From Candidatus Sericytochromatia bacterium (GTDB taxonomy: Bacteria; Cyanobacteriota; Sericytochromatia; UBA7694), in the NCBI GenBank assembly GCA_050248915.1, contig JBFWRL010000007.1:6084-70083 (forward strand): a DNA stretch of 64,000 bases, given 5' to 3'. The position numbers and the translations under genes were made by a program. Shown here one piece after another: positions 9,938-17,582 of this stretch; the stretch's first letter is position 1; each line of letters opens with the position of its first letter. Below the pieces are notes generated by a model. The model was given only the letters and a program-made list of their open reading frames with translations. It made no database searches and was not told the origin of the DNA.

Positions 9938-10028
9938 CCACCCAATCTGCGGTAAGATGAAGTACCTGTGACACAGACAATGCTCTTTTTACTGTCTGTA
10001 TCCCTTGATCTTTGTTTGGAGTAAACCC

Positions 10029-10499
10029 ATGTTTGAAAAAGAAGTTGATAAGAAAAAAGTCACCGAATTGCTCAACCATATCCTCGAAATGGAAATGGCC
10101 GGAATGGTGCGTTATACCCATTATTCCCTGATGGTCTATGGCTATAGTCGGATTCCAATTGTCTCTTGGCTGCGTGAGCAGGCCAACGAATCCATGACCC
10201 ACGCCCTCGAAGCCGGAGAGCTGATCACCAGTCTGGGTGGGCACCCCTCACTGGGCATTGGCCCCCTGCTCGAAACCCACAAACACGATATTGGCGATAT
10301 CATGCGCGAAGCCATGGAACACGAAAAAAATTCAATCAAAGCCTACCGCGACCTGCTGGCCTTGGTCGAAGGCAAATCCATCACCCTCGAAGAATATGCC
10401 CGTCGTTTGATTCATGACGAAGTGGTTCATGCCACCGAAGTGGACAAAATGTTGCGCAAACCGGGTGATCTCAGCAGCTTTGACAGCCACGCCCATTAA
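10029..10499 (+). CDS. Bacterioferritin-like (ferritin-like diiron) protein
   Basis: KVxxLLNxxLxxE...Y..H......G....W...Q..ES..H helix pattern like Bfr. Start taken at ATG 10029; the ORF opens at 10005. Confidence 0.6.
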   Translation: MFEKEVDKKKVTELLNHILEMEMAGMVRYTHYSLMVYGYSRIPIVSWLREQANESMTHALEAGELITSLGGHPSLGIGPLLETHKHDIGDIMREAMEHEKNSIKAYRDLLALVEGKSITLEEYARRLIHDEVVHATEVDKMLRKPGDLSSFDSHAH

Positions 10500-10888
10500 T
10501 GACACTTTCCCCTGCTGCACGCCAGACCCTTTTGATGGCAAGCCTTTGGGGCTTTCTCGGAGTGGGTCTGGGTGCCTTTGGGGCCCATGGGCTTAAATCT
10601 CAGCTCTCACCGGCCCTGCTGCTAATTTTTGAAACGGGCGTAAAATACCAGATGTATCATGCCCTGGCCCTGCTGGGGTTGACCCCTTTCTTTCCCAGAG
10701 AAGGCACAACGCCTCTGCTGCTCTGGGCCAGCCGACTTTTTTCGCTGGGTATTGTGCTGTTTTCGGGCAGCCTCTACCTGCTCAGTTTAACGGGGGTTCG
10801 AACTTGGGGGGCCGTCACGCCCTTGGGGGGACTGGCATTTTTGTCGGCCTGGGCCTGTTTGGCCTATTATGCATGGAAATCCCGCTAA
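10499..10888 (+). CDS. DUF423-family small membrane protein
   Basis: Four predicted TM helices and the GAFGAHGL motif typical of DUF423/YgdD. Confidence 0.7.
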   Translation: MTLSPAARQTLLMASLWGFLGVGLGAFGAHGLKSQLSPALLLIFETGVKYQMYHALALLGLTPFFPREGTTPLLLWASRLFSLGIVLFSGSLYLLSLTGVRTWGAVTPLGGLAFLSAWACLAYYAWKSR

Positions 10889-10983
10889 AGCCCTCCCCAG
10901 AGAGACGACTCACATGGTATTTTAGATTGTAAGTATTTTAGGTTGTAAAATAATTTCACAATCCTGACCATGGAAAACAAACA

Positions 10984-13143
10984 ATGAAACAAAGACTCGC
11001 TGTTTCTCTCATCTTAAGTTCATTTTTATTCGGTCTCAATGCCTGTGACTCCCCTTCAGCCCTGTTGATCAGTCAAAGCGGCAATAGCCAACCCCTCACA
11101 CTCAGAGCCAATTTACAGGCCGCTGCCAGTGCACTTCAAGCAGCCACCTTGACGATCACCGAAGTGGATAAATTGCCAAGCAATTTACGCACAGCGGGGC
11201 TGATTGAAATTATTTATGATACCAGCAAAACACGCATTCCCGGCACCCGCAATTCAGATGGCAGTTTGACCTTTCCCTTTCGCTCCAGCCGCCCGATTTC
11301 GGGCGATGGTTCTTTGTCTGTGATTCTGGTCGGCGATCGGGCGCTGAGCTACCCTGTGCAACTCGAAACAGGCTCAGAATTGGCCCTCAACTCACCAGGC
11401 ATCCTGATCAGCCCCACCAACACGGTGACCGTGGGCAGCAGCCTCCAACTCAAGGCCAATTTTAAACAGGCGGAAAGTGCAGGCAACTACGACTTTACTT
11501 GGTCTTATGCCGCCTCTCAAGCCGGTCCCTGGCAGGCCATCAGCGGCAATACCCCAGAGGTGCGCATGGATGCCACCCGAATTGGCAATTATTATTTACG
11601 CTTGGAAATGCGCAACCGCCAGAGCCAAAGTGTCTCGAGTTATACCACCCCTTCGGCCCTGCTGCGGGTGCAAGACAGCGACCGTCTGGCTTTGACCACC
11701 CCTGCCTCGGGTGTGGTGCTCGAAGGCGAAAGGATTGAACTCGAAGCCAATTTGCCTGAATACGAAAAAAGTGAAAACCTGCGCTACCTCTGGTCTTATT
11801 CAGCCTCTCTGCAAGGCAATTTTGCCCCGATCAGCGAAGAGGGCAAAAAAATTGCCTGGGAAACCCCACGGGCGGGCAGTTATTACCTGCGTTTGCAGGT
11901 CTTAAGTGGCAACGGCAATGCCACGTATACCTCTTCCAAAACACTGGTACAGGTGGCCCAGGCCGATTCGGTGATTCAAACCACGCCCCCCACAGGCTCA
12001 TTGGTGCGCGGCGATGCTGTCACCCTCAAAAGCACCCTGGCAGACTCTCCCGATCTGACTTATACTTGGTTTTATGCTTTCAGCCCCCAGGGCAGTTTTA
12101 CTCCAATTCCGGGCAGCGGCAACAGTGTCAATTGGACCCCCAATCTCACCGGCGATTTTTACCTGCGCCTGCGCACTTTTGATGCCAAAACCAATCAAAG
12201 CCGCACTTATACCTCTTCAAAATCGTTGGTCAGCGTGCGCGACAGCGACAGTGTCTTCAGCACAACCCCCAACCCAGCCAGCTTGCTCAAAGGTGACAGT
12301 GTCCAATTGACCCTCAATCAGAGCAGTTCCGAAAACGTGATCTGGAGTTATGCCAGCACGGCCCAAGGCCCGTTTTTGCCCATTCCCGCCACAGGCAAAA
12401 GTGTGAATTGGAGCCCTGCTTCCCCTGGCAGTTATTATCTCAAAGCCGAAGCCCCCCGCAGCGATGGCAGCCTTGCGACTTGGATTTCAGCGAACTCGAT
12501 GGTCACTGTGGCCGATCGGGGTGACGCGATCAGTACCGAACCCGCGCTGGGACAATTGCAATTGGGCCAAGCCGTGAGCCTGCGCTCCAGTGTGAAAGTG
12601 GCCAATGGCCGTTATAGCTGGTCTTATGCCAGCAATGCCACAGGCCCCTTTACACCGGTGCCCTCGTTGGAATCGCAGTCGCTGTCTACCGTCACCTGGT
12701 ACCCCACCCAGAGTGGGAGCTATTATATCAAACTGGATATCAGTGACCCCCAAAGCCGTTCCAGCGTGAGCTTCACCTCGGAGCAGGCCCTGGTTCAAAT
12801 TCAGGAAGCCCAGCCCTTTTTCACCTCCGATCCCAACACGGGACGCGTCAAGTCTACAGACCATGTGCTTGTCAAGGCCCGTTTTGACTCCGCAGGCAGG
12901 GCCTTTAACTATGGCTGGGCCTATAGCACCGGCGCAGCTGGGCCCTTTACCCCAATGGGAGGCAGCACCCTGCCCGAGTACTTTTGGAATCAACCCCTGA
13001 AGCCCCAAGGCAGTTATTATCTGCGCTTTACCGCCACCCCACCGGGTTCTGACCGCAGCCTGACCTATTACTCTCAGGTGCCGCTGCTCTTTGTCAGCAG
13101 CAGTGATGCAGGTGCGCCTGAATTTGGAACCATTTCGCGCTAA
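10984..13143 (+). CDS. Lipoprotein built of six tandem ~95-aa Ig/PKD-like repeats
   Basis: Lipobox LFGLNAC|D. Six repeats are anchored on Y-x-W-S/F-Y-A-x-S-x-x-G-P-F-x-P-I...G-S-Y-Y-L-R-L...Y-T-S-S-K-x-L-V. Confidence 0.75.
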   Translation: MKQRLAVSLILSSFLFGLNACDSPSALLISQSGNSQPLTLRANLQAAASALQAATLTITEVDKLPSNLRTAGLIEIIYDTSKTRIPGTRNSDGSLTFPFRSSRPISGDGSLSVILVGDRALSYPVQLETGSELALNSPGILISPTNTVTVGSSLQLKANFKQAESAGNYDFTWSYAASQAGPWQAISGNTPEVRMDATRIGNYYLRLEMRNRQSQSVSSYTTPSALLRVQDSDRLALTTPASGVVLEGERIELEANLPEYEKSENLRYLWSYSASLQGNFAPISEEGKKIAWETPRAGSYYLRLQVLSGNGNATYTSSKTLVQVAQADSVIQTTPPTGSLVRGDAVTLKSTLADSPDLTYTWFYAFSPQGSFTPIPGSGNSVNWTPNLTGDFYLRLRTFDAKTNQSRTYTSSKSLVSVRDSDSVFSTTPNPASLLKGDSVQLTLNQSSSENVIWSYASTAQGPFLPIPATGKSVNWSPASPGSYYLKAEAPRSDGSLATWISANSMVTVADRGDAISTEPALGQLQLGQAVSLRSSVKVANGRYSWSYASNATGPFTPVPSLESQSLSTVTWYPTQSGSYYIKLDISDPQSRSSVSFTSEQALVQIQEAQPFFTSDPNTGRVKSTDHVLVKARFDSAGRAFNYGWAYSTGAAGPFTPMGGSTLPEYFWNQPLKPQGSYYLRFTATPPGSDRSLTYYSQVPLLFVSSSDAGAPEFGTISR
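11374..13143 (+). repeat. About 285-bp tandem coding repeats (x6) inside the lipoprotein gene
   Basis: Recurrent W[SF]YA...GPF...GSYYL[RK]L blocks every ~95 aa in the translation. Confidence 0.7.
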
Positions 13144-13153
13144 ATCCCCATGC

Positions 13154-13180
13154 CCCCTCGGCAGATAAACTGCCGAGGGG
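13154..13180 (+). other. Perfect 11-bp stem-loop (cccctcggcag-ataaa-ctgccgagggg) right after the stop codon; no U-tract
   Basis: Inverted repeat read directly from the sequence. Confidence 0.5.
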
Positions 13181-13241
13181 CTAGGAAACGTAGCCAAGAT
13201 CCGCTAAAATACCCTTTAATCTGTCCGGATGTTCGAGAAAG

Positions 13242-14471
13242 GTGTTCTCTATGTTGTCCAAATCCACCCCCTTGCGTCTCTTGGCCCTTTCAATTTTATT
13301 GGCCGCCTGCGCGCCTTTGGCCACCCCTGGCCTGCGCTCGGCCGCACCCGTTGTCCTGCAAAAACAGAGCACGGGCCCAGCCATTGACGACAGTGAATTG
13401 AGCAGTCCTTTAAAAGCCAATCTCTTGCCCCAACTCGAACAAGAGGCCACCCGCCGCGAAGGCAACCAGCTCGTGTTTCGGGCTGTGGCACTCAGCCGCC
13501 AAGGCCAGCGTCCACTCAATTCGAGCCGTTTGGACGTGCAGGGCCAGTTCAATTATTACGATTTGCAGGGCCAATTGCAACCGGCGGCCAATACCACGGT
13601 GGCCCTCTACCAAGGCAGTCGCAAGGTGGGCCAGGTCTTGACCAGCCCCGATGGCCGCTGGAGCATGGTTGCACCGGCACCGGGCAATTATCAGGTGCGT
13701 TATAGCTTTGCCAATCCCCGCTGGAATATCGAGCGCTACAGCTGGGACGGTCCCCAGGTCAGTGTTCAGAGTGCCGTAGATACTGGGGCTTATACCCTTG
13801 AAAAAGGCAGTAAAAATGCCGAAGCGGCTTTTATCCACGATGTGTATAACCGGGCTCTCCATCTGTTTGAACGGGAACAAATGGATCTGAGCTGGTGGTC
13901 ACGCACAATCAAGACAGTCTGGCCAGGTTCTGGTGATTATTACAGCTTTTACACCGTCAATTTGACAGGGGCCCAGCAATGGGACGTCAATGGCCATGAA
14001 ATTGGCCACGCGATTTATGATCAGGCCCTCAATGCCAATTCAACCGGTGGGCAACACAAAATTGACGAATGTTATAACGGCACCCTGGCTTTTTCAGAGG
14101 GCTTTGCGACCTTTTTCTCTGGAGCGGTTCATTTGCAGCGCAATGATGAAGACGCCCGCTTTGGCCCCTATTTGGTGCCGCGCCGCGCGCCGATCCGAAT
14201 GGAAAATACCCCTGCGGATGTCTGTCCCGGCAACCGCAATGAATGGCGAGTCTCTTCCGTGCTCTGGGACGTTTACGATACCCATGTCGATGGTGTGGAT
14301 CAGTTCAGCCTCTCACTCAAAGAGATCTTCTCACTCTTTGCCCAGACCAACAAGCCGGCGATTAACAGCGCCTTGGATGCTTACCAATTGCTGAAAGAAC
14401 GCACCCCCGCAGAAGCGCGCCCGGTTTTGCGCCAAATTTTTGAGCAAAACACCATGGAAGTCAAAGATTGA
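13242..14471 (+). CDS. Putative secreted zinc metalloprotease lipoprotein (HExxH)
   Basis: Lipobox LLAAC. HEIGHAIYD zinc-binding motif in the middle of the protein. Confidence 0.6.
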   Translation: MFSMLSKSTPLRLLALSILLAACAPLATPGLRSAAPVVLQKQSTGPAIDDSELSSPLKANLLPQLEQEATRREGNQLVFRAVALSRQGQRPLNSSRLDVQGQFNYYDLQGQLQPAANTTVALYQGSRKVGQVLTSPDGRWSMVAPAPGNYQVRYSFANPRWNIERYSWDGPQVSVQSAVDTGAYTLEKGSKNAEAAFIHDVYNRALHLFEREQMDLSWWSRTIKTVWPGSGDYYSFYTVNLTGAQQWDVNGHEIGHAIYDQALNANSTGGQHKIDECYNGTLAFSEGFATFFSGAVHLQRNDEDARFGPYLVPRRAPIRMENTPADVCPGNRNEWRVSSVLWDVYDTHVDGVDQFSLSLKEIFSLFAQTNKPAINSALDAYQLLKERTPAEARPVLRQIFEQNTMEVKD

Positions 14472-14850
14472 TACTGGGCCGTTTATCAGTGGTTCAGAGC
14501 AGGGGAGGCCTGGCAGGCATGCGGGCCGCTCATTACGCCCATCCATGGGCTTCATTCGCTAAGAGTCGCAGTGCCGTCGTGTCCTCCTGACACGGCACTG
14601 CTCCTATTGCCCGCATCACCTTGCCAGGCCATTCCCCTGCTCAAGGGCCTCTTGGCTCAAAAGCTGTCCGAATCGATGTTCCAAGCTCAATTCACTTGCC
14701 CGTATTGACTCCATAATAGCTATGTTAACCCGTCCTCTTGCAGCTCTTTGAAACGGGGAGTCAAATACCAGATCTACCTGACTTTAGAGCTGAAGTACAA
14801 CTGCCGTAATCCAGGGAAATGCCCAATTCAACCCGTTCGAGCAGAGTTGC

Positions 14851-14975
14851 GGCCAGGGATGGGCAGAGAAGGCAATAGGAGGCCCGCCGGTCCAGGATGG
14901 ACAAAGGCGGGGTGACTTTTAGCCCGTGAAGCGCACGATGCGTGGAACGGGCGGCCTGAACGCCCATCCCTGGCC
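14851..14975. ncRNA. Candidate structured RNA or miniature inverted-repeat element inside the 700-bp non-coding gap
   Basis: Perfect 14-bp long-range inverted repeat ggccagggatgggc (14851-14864) / gcccatccctggcc (14962-14975) enclosing a 97-nt GC-rich, hairpin-rich core. A second strong hairpin lies at about 14565-14600. Confidence 0.35.
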
Positions 14976-15180
14976 GCCCACTCAGGTACAAAACCCAGTT
15001 TATGAAGCACAACACCTGCTCCCACTGGCCCTCACAGCCAACGACCATTCAGTCCAGCCCCCTGCTCAGCTTAAGCCCCAACGGGAATTGGTGCGTGTGT
15101 TATAATTCAGATCCGGTTGCAGAACCAATCTGTTTTATCTGCAAGCGCTTAGAATTGGTTAAGGAGTTTTCAATCCAATC

Positions 15181-15504
15181 ATGGCCGTAAAAGAAGTCAA
15201 CGATCAAAATTTTGCTGAAGAAGTGCTCAATGCAAGTTCTCCCGTCTTAGTCGATTTTTGGGCACCCTGGTGTGGCCCTTGCCGCCTGGTTTCCCCCGTG
15301 GTGGACGAAATTGCCAAAGAATATGATGGCAAACTCAAAGTTGTCAAAGTCAATACCGATGACAATCCCGAGACTGCCACCAATTACCATATCAGCGGGA
15401 TTCCCTCACTGCTGCTGTTTAAAGAAGGCCAAGTGGCCGATCAAATTGTCGGTGCTGTGCCCAAAGCCAAGCTTTCCAATATGGTCAGCCAGCACGTTTC
15501 TTAA
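15181..15504 (+). CDS. trxA: Thioredoxin
   Basis: WCGPC active site. Typical 107-aa thioredoxin. Confidence 0.95.
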   Translation: MAVKEVNDQNFAEEVLNASSPVLVDFWAPWCGPCRLVSPVVDEIAKEYDGKLKVVKVNTDDNPETATNYHISGIPSLLLFKEGQVADQIVGAVPKAKLSNMVSQHVS

Positions 15505-15527
15505 ACAGCCCCTTTTCACAGCTCAAA

Positions 15528-15562
15528 ACAAAAGCCCCCTGCGTTTATCAGGGGGCTTTTAG
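15528..15562. terminator. Bidirectional rho-independent terminator
   Basis: aaaagccccctg-cgtttat-cagggggctttt hairpin flanked by A and T runs, between convergent genes. Confidence 0.8.
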
Positions 15563-15580
15563 CTGTCTTTAAACCGCGGA

Positions 15581-16348
15581 TTATTTCATCGCAGGCAATT
15601 GTTTGAGCTCGACTTCGGCCACCAACTCAATGGCATCGTTGAGAAAGTGCATTTCGCGGAAATAGAGTTGCATATCGTCGTTGCTGAGTTTGTTCAGATC
15701 AATCAAGGGATTGACTTCATCGAGCACCGATTGAATCACATCGGGAGAGACCGGGTGATCCATGGTCACAGCATTGGCCGCCGCCAGTTTGATGGTGCGC
15801 TCGGAGCCCAATTTAAACACGCCCCCCACTTCAAAGGGAATTGTAAAAAAGCCACCCATGGTCGTGGCTTTACCACTCAAAACAGCTTTGCCTGCTTGTA
15901 GATCCATGCTCAACATCGAGATATCCGCCCCAAACGAAGAGAGCAATTCTTGGTTTTCCAAAATCTTTTCAAGCATAGCCTGAAAGGTATCCGACTGTAA
16001 AAATTTGTTCAAACCGGCTTCGGTAATGCGAATCCGCACCACACCTTGGGTGGGGGCCCGCAACTGCATCTGATCGGTGTCCATATTCAGACGGTCGACA
16101 CGCAGAGAGACAGAATCCACCGGGAATTCAGAGATCGTAAAGCGCTGGGCATCCAATTCGAGATAGGCCATCTGCCCCCCCAGCAGGGTAAAACTGGGGG
16201 CTTCGGGGTGAACCTTGACCCGCAAATGTTCGGGATGATTCAGGGCCTGATCCACTTTGTCATGTAAGATGCCGTTGGCCACATTGGGAGCCACACCCCC
16301 CAATGTCATAATAAATCCAAGGACGATTGCAAGAATTGTAATAACCAT
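15581..16348 (-). CDS. Hypothetical N-terminally membrane-anchored protein
   Basis: N-terminal TM helix, 255 aa, no diagnostic motif. Confidence 0.5.
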   Translation of the reverse strand: MVITILAIVLGFIMTLGGVAPNVANGILHDKVDQALNHPEHLRVKVHPEAPSFTLLGGQMAYLELDAQRFTISEFPVDSVSLRVDRLNMDTDQMQLRAPTQGVVRIRITEAGLNKFLQSDTFQAMLEKILENQELLSSFGADISMLSMDLQAGKAVLSGKATTMGGFFTIPFEVGGVFKLGSERTIKLAAANAVTMDHPVSPDVIQSVLDEVNPLIDLNKLSNDDMQLYFREMHFLNDAIELVAEVELKQLPAMK

Positions 16349-16611
16349 TAGCGCCGTGCTTCCACCATTAATTTAATTGCTGTCCGCTCTTCTCCGTCGA
16401 TCAATACGTCGACAAAGGCCGGAATAAACACCAGATCGAGACCACTGGGGGCCACATAGCCACGGGCAATGGCAATGGCTTTCACGGCCTGATTGACGGC
16501 ACCTGCGCCAATGGCCTGAATTTCAACATACCCTTTTTCCCGGACGACCCCCGCCAAAGCACCGGCGACAGACGTAGGCTTGGAACGCGATGAAACCTTG
16601 AGAACGTCCAC
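16348..16611 (-). CDS. spoVS: SpoVS-family protein (stage V sporulation protein S homolog)
   Basis: Near-collinear with B. subtilis SpoVS: LKVSSRSKPTSVAGALAGVVREKGYVEIQAIGAGAVNQAVKAIAIARGYVAPSGLDLVFIPAF...DGEERTAIKL. Confidence 0.85.
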   Translation of the reverse strand: MDVLKVSSRSKPTSVAGALAGVVREKGYVEIQAIGAGAVNQAVKAIAIARGYVAPSGLDLVFIPAFVDVLIDGEERTAIKLMVEARR

Positions 16612-16708
16612 TGCTTCATTACTCCTTTAGTGTGGCTGCATTTATGTTGCTATATTGAAGCCTGTTACGATCGATGACTGTGCATTTATTATACCCTTTT
16701 TTGAGGTA

Positions 16709-17542
16709 TCAATCGAGAGGGGAGCCGTTCTGCCCTGCACCGGAGGCCTGGGCTGCACTTCGCAGCACCCATTCTCGCCCCTTTAAACCGGGCCCATAAG
16801 CGGGGTGGGTCAGTCGGATTTCAAGGCTGTAACGGGGCTCAAACATACTCTCAGTCAGCCACGTGCGGTGAAAGAGAAAAGAGTCAAAAACCAGCAGATC
16901 GCCGGGCTCCATCTCGGGTTGCCAAAACTGCTCCCGCGAAGCCTGGGCTTGCAAAGCTGAAACATCACGCTGCTGGTAGAGGGGGGTAAGCGGATCGAGG
17001 TTGAGTTCAAACCAAACCCGCTGTTGGGGCTTCAACCAGAGTTCCAAACCAGGGGCATTGCGCCCGCAAGGATCCAGCGGAATCCAAAAGTTGAGAGCGG
17101 GTCGCCCCCCCAAGAACTCCGCGTCCTGATGAAAGGGAATTTGGCGTTCGGGCCAAAAGGGGTGCTGGCGGCGCGGCTGGCTGTTTTTGTCAATCAAAAA
17201 AAGTGAAGACCCAAAAATAACACTTAAAAAGGGCTGCAAGCTGGGTATACCCAAGAGACAGGTATACAAATCCGCTTCCATGGCCGGGTTCTGCGAGAGA
17301 GGCAAAAGCCCCTCTTCGAAAGGCAAATGGCCATACTGAAAGAGTTTGTGATAAGCCGCTTGTGACATCTCGCCATTTTGCCAAGCCTGATCCGCTTCAA
17401 GATAAAGCGCTTCCAACTCTGCTTTTGCAAGCTGCAAAAGTGGCAGCGGCAAGATCTCCCGCAACAAGAAACAGCCCTGTTGCCGCAAAGACGCAAGCAG
17501 CACCTCTGGCAGCGGAATTGCGCTGAAATCAGGCAATGTCAC
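16709..17542 (-). CDS. Second PhyH-like Fe(II)/2OG dioxygenase family protein
   Basis: HxD (IPFHQDAEF) and distal His (FDSFLFHRT) with the spacing of phytanoyl-CoA dioxygenase-type cupins. Confidence 0.55.
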   Translation of the reverse strand: MTLPDFSAIPLPEVLLASLRQQGCFLLREILPLPLLQLAKAELEALYLEADQAWQNGEMSQAAYHKLFQYGHLPFEEGLLPLSQNPAMEADLYTCLLGIPSLQPFLSVIFGSSLFLIDKNSQPRRQHPFWPERQIPFHQDAEFLGGRPALNFWIPLDPCGRNAPGLELWLKPQQRVWFELNLDPLTPLYQQRDVSALQAQASREQFWQPEMEPGDLLVFDSFLFHRTWLTESMFEPRYSLEIRLTHPAYGPGLKGREWVLRSAAQASGAGQNGSPLD

Positions 17543-17582
17543 ACAACATCCCCGAATTCATTCATGGACATTGGATAAATGC

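Noticed and set aside
10792-10812. GGTTCGAAC tRNA T-loop-like motif
   Set aside because: It lies inside the DUF423 coding sequence, and no acceptor or anticodon arm context exists. No tRNA is called in the window.
14761-15048. 95-aa and 65-aa minus-strand ORFs in the long intergenic region
   Set aside because: They coincide with the GC-rich inverted-repeat structure, have no start context or homology, and are more likely non-coding.
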